Assembly (NCBI GenBank): GCA_032718475.1
Contig: JAUCBJ010001620.1
Location: forward strand, 1-41,500
Direction: 5' to 3'
From: Nemertoderma westbladi
Taxonomy: Eukaryota; Animalia; Xenacoelomorpha
Length of the DNA: 41,500 bases
The translations under genes were made by a program, and so were the position numbers. Below, piece by piece: positions 33,633-41,500 of the stretch (within the stretch, counting starts at the first letter, position 1; each line of letters opens with the position of its first letter). Under the pieces are notes generated by a model. It was not told where the DNA came from. It saw nothing but the letters and a program-made list of their open reading frames with translations, and made no database searches.

Positions 33633-35537
33633 ATGTCTGATACTAAGCAGAACCTGTCAGACAGTTTATTAGATGTAACTATCTGCGACTCAGATAAGGG
33701 TGTAGAACCGTCTACACCTAAATTCAGTTCACCTCCCACTGTGAGGAAGGTCATCCCTCCAGTAGTAACAACAGAACCTAGGCTGGTCCAACACCGTAGG
33801 TCTATCATAGGCACTCGAGCTCAGGTCAAGCGGGACCAAGAAGCAGCGGAACAGCAACAACCCGCAAGCCAAGAACTTATTTCTCAGCGGCCCGACAGCT
33901 CCAGTAGTGAAGATACTGTAGAGCTGACACCCGAGCGCGGAGCAAGGATGACGGATGCGGTTTATTCGGATCCCCTTCTCATCCTTCCTGCAGCCGTACT
34001 CACTAGGTTATTGATCGCGGTGGAAGAACACCAGATCGATTGGGCGAGAAGTAAGCGATCAACTAAGGATAGTTATGAGGGATACACAAGGGAAGAACTG
34101 AAGTCTATGGTCGAGTCGCAATGGAACTTCCCCGGACCCGGACTCCCGTTTGATTTATCAGAAGCTGCCTGGGAAGACATACACCGGATGGGAGTAGCCA
34201 AGGAGACCACCGATCCAGCTGTGTGGAAGAGGTCCGCAGCCGGATACGCACAGGGATTCTTCAGCTCTATGGAGCGAGTAGAAAAACAACTGTTTCAACA
34301 ACCCCAAGGACCTCAAGAGCAGGGACAACTGCTTTATCAAGTTAGAGAAAGAATTCTACGAATCAGGCTAATCTTATCAGCCTTTGAGGAGGCTTCTAAA
34401 AGAAGACAAGACACGTCGTTGCAAGTTGCTGTAAAGACTTGGTTTCAACGGGTGAGTCTCCAGGTTCAAGGAACGGCTCAGTGGAAAGCTCAGCTAGAGG
34501 AGCGCTCAACCCATGGAGAATCCACGGATGCTACCTTTTCCCAAGTGGAAAGTGAAGCGACCGCAGAGAAGCCGCATAGGAGGGATGCCATTGACATTTA
34601 TCTGTCAGACTATCAACGTTTTTTAGGTGATGAAGAGTTGAGGAGAAGGTTAGGCGGACTTAGCCCTAATAGTGAAGGAGCCCAGCGTGTGTTGGACGCA
34701 ATCGATGTGGATAGGTTAGCTGCGAACCAAGCTAAATTCAATGAAAGTATCCGCATCGCTAAGGTTCAAGAAGAACAAATAAAGAAAAAACGTATAGAAG
34801 ACAGAAAGATAGCAGCAGTGGCAGAAGCAGAAAGAAAGGCGGCAGTGGCAGAGGCAGAAAGAAAAGCGACCTTGGCAGAAGCAGCGGCAGAAGCGGAAAG
34901 AGAGATAGCGGTGGCAGAAGCAGAACGGAGAGCGGCTGAAGAGATCGCCCAACTGGAGTTGGAAAATCTTCAAGAGAAGCAAGACGACTTCAGTAAACAG
35001 TTTACAGCTAGTAATATGCAGATGATGAATCGATCTACTCCCAAAAGACAGGGTCATACATCATCTGAGGAAGGCGATACCACCGATCCTGAAGGAGGAG
35101 GAAATCGATCTCGCCTAAGCAGACGTAAAAGAATGTCCCACCGTCAGAAATTGCCTGATTTGCCCCCAGCTGTTAGAAGGCAACTAAATAACACAAACTT
35201 AGGTAGTACAGAACCCACAGACCAAATAATTAAAATAGAAAGACTCCCTACTATAGTAGATGAGCCTGAAATAATTAGGCCTGTTCTTGAAATCACCCCT
35301 TCGGTGATAGAGACACCTGTACTCCCAGAACCTACCTTTAAATTCCCTTTACACAGCACCAAATTATCTGTGCCTAGAGGAACAGCCCTTGAAACAGTGT
35401 CGGTCCTGGACTCCGAGCGAAATATAAAGGATATATCGCCCGTAGTCCCTCGTCTGCCCGCTACGACGTTGGCGGATCCCGCTTCGGCGGTTGATTGGGT
35501 GGACGAGAGACGGCGGGGGATGGACATTCTCCTCTGA
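33633..35537 (+). CDS. BEL/Pao 5' ORF or extended Gag N-terminal region (coiled-coil, low complexity)
   Basis: Long open frame from the ATG at 33633 with AEAERKAA coiled-coil repeats; same frame as Gag, separated from it only by TGA-AAG. Confidence 0.75.
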   Translation: MSDTKQNLSDSLLDVTICDSDKGVEPSTPKFSSPPTVRKVIPPVVTTEPRLVQHRRSIIGTRAQVKRDQEAAEQQQPASQELISQRPDSSSSEDTVELTPERGARMTDAVYSDPLLILPAAVLTRLLIAVEEHQIDWARSKRSTKDSYEGYTREELKSMVESQWNFPGPGLPFDLSEAAWEDIHRMGVAKETTDPAVWKRSAAGYAQGFFSSMERVEKQLFQQPQGPQEQGQLLYQVRERILRIRLILSAFEEASKRRQDTSLQVAVKTWFQRVSLQVQGTAQWKAQLEERSTHGESTDATFSQVESEATAEKPHRRDAIDIYLSDYQRFLGDEELRRRLGGLSPNSEGAQRVLDAIDVDRLAANQAKFNESIRIAKVQEEQIKKKRIEDRKIAAVAEAERKAAVAEAERKATLAEAAAEAEREIAVAEAERRAAEEIAQLELENLQEKQDDFSKQFTASNMQMMNRSTPKRQGHTSSEEGDTTDPEGGGNRSRLSRRKRMSHRQKLPDLPPAVRRQLNNTNLGSTEPTDQIIKIERLPTIVDEPEIIRPVLEITPSVIETPVLPEPTFKFPLHSTKLSVPRGTALETVSVLDSERNIKDISPVVPRLPATTLADPASAVDWVDERRRGMDILL

Positions 35538-35540
35538 AAG

Positions 35541-37247
35541 ATGGAGGAGAATCGAGTGCGCTCCTCCCAACAGGTCCGAGAGTTAGAAGGGACTGTTCAA
35601 CAGTTAAAGGGAACCGTAAAGGAAAGTAGGTTAGAGTTGCAAGAAGTGCAGCAAAATATCGCGCTAGAACGTGATAAATTAGTAAATTTACAAAAGGGTA
35701 TACCACCACCCCCTGTAACAATGTGTCAACCTGTTAGGTCTGAAGTATCTCATGCGCAAGGTGTGGAGCCTACACGCATCTATACTGCTAGCGAAGTAGA
35801 AACTCCTATAGTGAACCCTATTAAGAGTAATTATAGACCTGTTGATAATGATATTCCCTATAGACCAGATCATAATCCGAGAAATTTATATACCGATAAC
35901 TCGATATTAAATAACACGATGGCCCAAGAAAGTTTTACGCGTCAAATGGCTAGAACCGAAGCCCGGCAAGCAGTAAAGGTGGGAGAGATCGTCAAGTTCA
36001 ATGGAGATGAGATGAAATGGTTACCTTTTAATGAATATTACAAAGATAACATACAGAACTCTGTACTATCTAATGGAGAGAAACTTAGGTTCCTCATCGA
36101 GTGCTTGGAAGGATCTCCCAAGTTAATGGCGTTAAAGTTTATTGGTCATCCAGACGGATTAAGACAAGTTTGGGATACACTAAACATCAGGTATAGTAAT
36201 AGGAATAACATAGCTGGGTATTTGTATGCAAAGTTAGTAGCGCCCCGAAAGTTTATTAGCAGCGGGATTATAGAGTTTTCCGATGAGATTCAGGAGATCT
36301 GCAGACAATTAGATTGGCTAGGTAAGTCTCATGAGTATCAGAGTGCTATGGTTATTAGAGCAGTGGCTTCTACTTTACCGAAGGGTGGAGTAGGTACACG
36401 CTGGGATAAGAAAGTGTTATATATGATGGAACAACAACGACGAGACCCTACCATGGCTGATCTCATGTCATTCCTAGATGGAGAAGTGAAATTACAGCTC
36501 CTGAAACTGTCCAGAGAGAAGACACCGGAAAACAAGGTAAGTGAAAAACCCGTCTCTAGGAGAAAGGTAACACCAGTGTGTTATACAGATGACGGCGAAA
36601 GCCAGACTTCTCAAGGAGAAGATAGCGGGAAAGACACTGACAGATCTTATTACGTAAATAAAATGCCTAAAGATCAGGTAAGTAAATTCAAGTCTCGAAC
36701 CAATGACAGGAGAGAACAGGTAAGAAGAACTCCTCCTACGTCTCCCAAGAGAATTCAGGTGAGAAAGCCCGAAGAAAAAACAAGTGTACACAATGTTACT
36801 CAGAGTAAGGTGAGTAACATCAAACCGAAATGTGCGCTATGTGATGGGACCCATCGCTTAAATATGTGTGATGAATTTCTAAAGAAATCATTAACTGAGA
36901 GACGTGAAGTCATGTGGGATAAGCGGTTGTGTTATAATTGCCTCAGACAAGGACACCAACGGCGAACCTGTTACTCTGACACAAGATGTGCCAAGTGCGG
37001 TGCGAAACATCATATCTTGTTGCATACTGAATTCGAGCGAAATAGTCCGAGTCAGGTAAGTGATTCCGAACTACATGTCCAATTCAGTGATGTGAACGAC
37101 ACTGATCAATCTGAGATGGAAGGATTCTATACAGACGAGTTCTCCGACGAAAACGAACCCTGTTACATGATAAATACCACAGTGTATCGAGCACTCACTT
37201 ATGAAAAAGATACAGACATTGACCTCGCTCTAACTACTTCTGATTGA
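35541..37247 (+). CDS. gag: BEL/Pao Gag (capsid-like core + zinc knuckles)
   Basis: KFNGD..W..F..LSNGEKLRFL..L.G core; CALCDGTH..C, CYNCLRQGH..C and CAKCGAKHHILLH knuckles. Confidence 0.93.
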   Translation: MEENRVRSSQQVRELEGTVQQLKGTVKESRLELQEVQQNIALERDKLVNLQKGIPPPPVTMCQPVRSEVSHAQGVEPTRIYTASEVETPIVNPIKSNYRPVDNDIPYRPDHNPRNLYTDNSILNNTMAQESFTRQMARTEARQAVKVGEIVKFNGDEMKWLPFNEYYKDNIQNSVLSNGEKLRFLIECLEGSPKLMALKFIGHPDGLRQVWDTLNIRYSNRNNIAGYLYAKLVAPRKFISSGIIEFSDEIQEICRQLDWLGKSHEYQSAMVIRAVASTLPKGGVGTRWDKKVLYMMEQQRRDPTMADLMSFLDGEVKLQLLKLSREKTPENKVSEKPVSRRKVTPVCYTDDGESQTSQGEDSGKDTDRSYYVNKMPKDQVSKFKSRTNDRREQVRRTPPTSPKRIQVRKPEEKTSVHNVTQSKVSNIKPKCALCDGTHRLNMCDEFLKKSLTERREVMWDKRLCYNCLRQGHQRRTCYSDTRCAKCGAKHHILLHTEFERNSPSQVSDSELHVQFSDVNDTDQSEMEGFYTDEFSDENEPCYMINTTVYRALTYEKDTDIDLALTTSD

Positions 37248-40200
37248 CAACCATCTTGGAAAGCGCCAACTTCCAATGTAGGGATTAGAGAATTTCCTGT
37301 GGTACAGGTAAGGGTCCACGGACCAAAAAGGAGTTATGTAGTGAACGCCCTCCTTGACTCCGGTAGTACAGGAACATTCATCGACAAAGAGCTAGCCGAA
37401 GACATATTCGCTGGACAACCCAAGTTCCGAATTAAGCTAAACATGTCAGGGATTATGCAGGTTTGGAAATCTACAGTAACAGCGGATTATTATGTAGGTG
37501 CGTTGTCCACCCCCCAGGACGAACTAGGAGAACATAGCATAAGGTCAGTGAAAATGGTGGCTATAAAGAACTTCGCTACTACTCAAGCAGACCTTTATAA
37601 TTGGGACGAGGATGAGAGCATCCAACATCTTAAGATACCTCGATTCCAGACTGATTATCCTGGAGTGCAAATACTCATCGGCCAAAACGCGCATGAGGCG
37701 CTCGAGACATTGGAGAAACGGCCTGCTCAACCGCAGCCACTACAAACCTATGCGGTAAGAACTAGAGTAGGTTGGTACTTTACTGGCCCTTCCCGTAGAA
37801 CTCTCATGGAAAGATTACCGAAAGATCAGGTATATCAAGTGCGAGAATGGGAAGTTGAGAACAGTGAGTTCGACGATCCAACTGAGGGAACTCCATACTC
37901 CTCAGACAACGACGATATACATCAACTCTTCGATGAGGAGAATGCCATCGATCTCCTTAAGGAAAGCGAGACTTGGCAAAATCAAGTGAACTTATGCCAA
38001 CTCCTTCTCCCATCCGAGCGAGACGACTATAACGACGAGCTTAATGACGTCATTGAACGTTATAATGCCAAGACTCGGGATGAACACGCCGTAAGATTCT
38101 TTACTCAAGAGGTTGTAGAGCCCAACTCCTACGATAAGGCCCTATCGGTGGAGGAAGAAAGAGCCAAGCAGATCCAAGCGACAACTACTCGTTTTCTTAA
38201 AGATCAAGGTAGGTATGAGATCGGACTTCCTTTCCGAAAGCGAGAACCAAAGTTCATTAACAACAGACCTTTGGCGGAGAAAAGAATTGCTCAACTACAT
38301 CGACGCCTTACGGCAAATTCTTCAGCTAAAGAAATGTATCAAACGCAGTTGAAGAAGTTTATTAGCAAGGGATATGCGGAGCTAGTACCGGAAGAAACAC
38401 CCATAACTGAGAGAACGTATTATTTAACTCACCATTACGTTCCCAAACCCGGTAAACCCCATGAAGTACGAGTAGTGTTTGACGGTTCCGCCCTTTATAT
38501 GGGCCAATCTCTTAATTCTGAATTGTTACCCGGACCCAACTTACTTCAATCCTTGTTGGGAATACTATTAAGATTAAGACAATACTCCATTGCTTTCGCC
38601 TCAGATATAGAAGGCATGTTCTTACAAGTCAAAGCGCTGGATAGGGATCGAGATAGTCTACGATTTTTGTGGTGGCCCGAAGGAGACCTCAATAAGAAAC
38701 CGGTGGAGTACTGGATGACCATCCAAGCTTTTGGGATAATCTCGAGCCCTTCAAACGCCTGTTCCGTGGTGCGCACTACTGCGGATGACAACAGAGACGC
38801 CTTCTCTAAAGAGGTGATCGACAATATCAAACGAGACATCTACATGGATGATAATCTGAAGTCCCTTCCATCAGTCGAAGAAGCCATTGAGGTCGCTAAA
38901 GGAATGGTAGAATGCTTAAAGAAAGGTGGATTTCGATTAACTAAATTCACCAGCAACTCCCGTGAGTTTCTGGAGTCGATCCCGGTAGAAGATCGAGGAA
39001 CAAAGGACCTAGATCTAATAAAGGATGATCTCCCAGAAACTAAGACCCTTGGTTTGAAATGGGACACAGAAAGAGATATCCTGTTTTTCCAACTAAAACA
39101 GCGAGATAATCCAGTTCGGACTAAACGGATATGTTTAAGTATCCTGAGCACTTATTTCGATCCATTGGGATTTATTAGCCCAGTTATATTAATTGCTCGG
39201 AGTTTAGTACAACAAATGTGGCTTGAAAACCACTCATGGGACGATCCACTTAAGGGAGAATTATTAAAGAAGTGGATGAAATGGGAAGATTCTCTACCAG
39301 CCATCGAAAACTTTATAATTTCCCGTTCATATTTTGGTCATGTTCTCCCTACGTATTCATATCAACTCCATGTGTTTGGAGACGCCAGCGATATGGGAAT
39401 CGGTATAGTAGCCTACCTAAGGGTGGAAACTCCGGACGGAATTAAAGTCGCCTTGGTTACCTCTAAGGCATTAATAAACAACAAGTTGAAAGTTCCTCGA
39501 GCGGAGTTAAAAGCGGCTCTATACGCTACAGCCATCGGCCGGAATGTAACAGAACAGATCGACTATCCCCTGGAGAAAACTGTCTATTGGACCGACGCTT
39601 TACTCGTGTTGGAGTATATAACCAATGAAGTCTGTCAGTTCAGCGTCTTCGTTACCAACAGAGTAGCTATTATACTCAGTCGCACGACGATGGATCAATG
39701 GAGACATTGCCCCGGAACGATTAATCCAGCGGACATCGCTTCCAGGGGAGCAACTCCACAAGAACTGGTAGATACTCCAGACTGGTTAGGTGGACCCGAC
39801 TTCCTCTACAAAGAAGAAGAAGAATGGCCTCCTCATCTTACTACAGCAGAAATTAGACAGGCCAAGGGAGCGGAGAAAGTCAAGCCTAAAACTCAGGCGA
39901 GTAAATCGAAGTTATTCAAACCCACAGTAGATCTGTCTGTACTACATACTTCCGGAGACGACGCTTTGGATCAGAAACCCACAGCCACAAATAAACCCAT
40001 TGTGGAAATCCGTGATAAGGATTGGAAATCTGGTATACCAGACGTCTCGCAAGGACTCTCACCTCTTCTGCAGAGAGCGATGCATCACTACAGTTCCTGG
40101 AATCGGCTTTGTAAGGCCGTTACATATTTAAAGAGATGTTTTCACCATCACTACTCTGGGATGAAAACAAAGGGTGATACCGCTCCAATCACATCAGTGC

Positions 40201-41500
40201 AGGTCCATGTTATTAAAGACCTTCCTAAATATAAGGTACCCGACAAGTTTCTGAAGGAGAAGATCAGTTATCAGGAGCATGAAGAAACCAACAAACAGAT
40301 GCTGAGACTCTTACAATGCTATGAAGATTCCGATAAGTATTTCCTGTTGTTGAGAAATCCACAGATGCGCTTAAGGGATCGTTTCTCTAGCACAATGATA
40401 GATGGGTTGATACGTGTTGGAGGAAGGTTAACGAATGCCCCATTATCCTTTGATACTAAGTTCCCCATACTCATTAGAAATCTTGAAATACAAGTCAAGA
40501 TGATTGTAGATGTTCACAGCAAACTTTATCATGCTGGTAGAGAACGAGTTCTTAGCGAAATTCGAACTCGCTATTATTTTTATAAACCCCGTAGAGCTCT
40601 GAACCAAGTTCTTAGGAACTGTATACCCTGTAAGAGAGCATTCAGTAGGCCTTTAACACAGAGAGAGGCAGAATTACCTAGGGAACGAGTAAGCTTTTAT
40701 GAACCACCCTTTACTAATACCGGTGTGGATTTATTTGGCCCTATTGAAGTATATCGTGCTAGGACTATAGTCAAGAGATGGTGTGTAATCTTTGTTTGTA
40801 TGACTTGTAGAGCCATCCATCTCGATATGGTGAACGATTTATCTACCAACAGCTTTCTATTAAGCTTACGACGACAGATCGCTCGCTTTGGCACTAGTAA
40901 CACGATGAGATCTGATAAGGGAACAAACTTCATTGGTGCCAACAATGAAATCAAAGCTTACGTCAAAGATTGGAACCAAAGACAGGTGGACGACCAACTA
41001 CGAGTAACAGCGTCTAGTTGGACCTTCAACGCCGCCGACGCCCCTTGGTGGGGAGGAAGTTGGGAGAGATTAATAAGAAGTGTGAAGACGGCATTTCATT
41101 TTATAGTGCCTTGCCGCGCTTATCTCACCGACGAACTTTTGCGGACGTTAATGGAAGAAATCGCCGCCTATCTCAACGAGAGACCGCTTATGCCAGTCTC
41201 ATCGAGTCCCGATTCCCTGGAAGCGCTAACACCCGCGCACTTCCTACTGAAGAAACCTGTAGCCATGCTCCCACAATCGGAAATCACAGACGGAGACGAA
41301 TACTGCCGACAAACTTGGCAACTCATGCAGTTGTTATCCCGTCGTTTCGCTGACCATTTCGAAAAACATTATCTGCCCACGCTACAACTTCGAACTAAGT
41401 GGTTTGCGCAGCAAGAAAACGTTAGCGCTGGAGACATGGTTCTTATTGTGGATGTAGATCTTCCACGTAAGAGGTGGCAGTCAGGTCGTATCATCGAGAC
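37248..41500 (+). CDS. pol: BEL/Pao Pol (protease, RT, RNase H, integrase); partial and absent from the ORF track because it runs off the edge
   Basis: Same frame as Gag: ALLDSGS (~37347), RVVFDGSA, SDIEGMFLQV, YMDD (38841), LHVFGDAS, PRAEL, NPADIASRG, HHCC finger, TGVDLFGP, SDKGTNF and PWWGGSWERLIRSVK (~41040). The motifs checked are in one frame and the ORF track shows no stop-terminated piece in it. Confidence 0.95.

Larger units (their letters stand above)
29649..41500 (+). mobile_element. BEL/Pao LTR retrotransposon, truncated by the window edge inside integrase
   Basis: TG...CA LTR, ~1.2-kb leader, Gag with BEL-type triple Cys/His knuckles, and Pol in the order PR-RT-RH-IN with Pao-type motifs. 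Confidence 0.96.

Noticed and set aside
41018-41353. Separate 111-aa ORF suggesting an integrase frameshift
   Set aside because: The integrase motifs continue in the main Pol frame; this is an overlapping off-frame ORF.

Overview
This is a repeat-dominated eukaryotic window, probably from an invertebrate animal; the organism cannot be identified from the sequence. The only host genes supported are two intronless paralogues (6006-6653 and 26087-26734, minus strand) encoding a Cys-rich, Ly6/three-finger-like protein with a predicted signal peptide and GPI anchor. Their differences cluster in one short patch. The rest is mobile DNA. From left to right: a near-intact APE-RT LINE (1-3635), a MITE, an internally deleted Sola-like DNA transposon holding a 39-bp minisatellite (9883-13786, TSD AGTA), an RTE-X-like remnant, a compound Mutator/foldback-like element with three TIR arms (15342-21538, TSD TGTACTGT) containing a solo BEL LTR, an (ACTC)n tract, a second foldback element (23274-24434, TSD CTAAGGAC), and a BEL/Pao LTR retrotransposon running off the right edge (29649-41500). 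Four signals stand out. (1) A ~460-nt non-coding, circularly permuted, retrozyme-like unit with a canonical type III hammerhead ribozyme, present as a head-to-head pair (24713-25572). (2) Tandem ~290-nt units in the 2.1-2.3 kb BEL LTRs that fold into long hairpins dominated by G.U pairs, so they pair only on the sense RNA, with pairing preserved between diverged copies. (3) An in-frame UGA-CAACCA readthrough-type gag/pol junction. (4) The localised hypervariable patch in the surface-protein paralogues. All alignments and foldings were done by eye and need computational confirmation.
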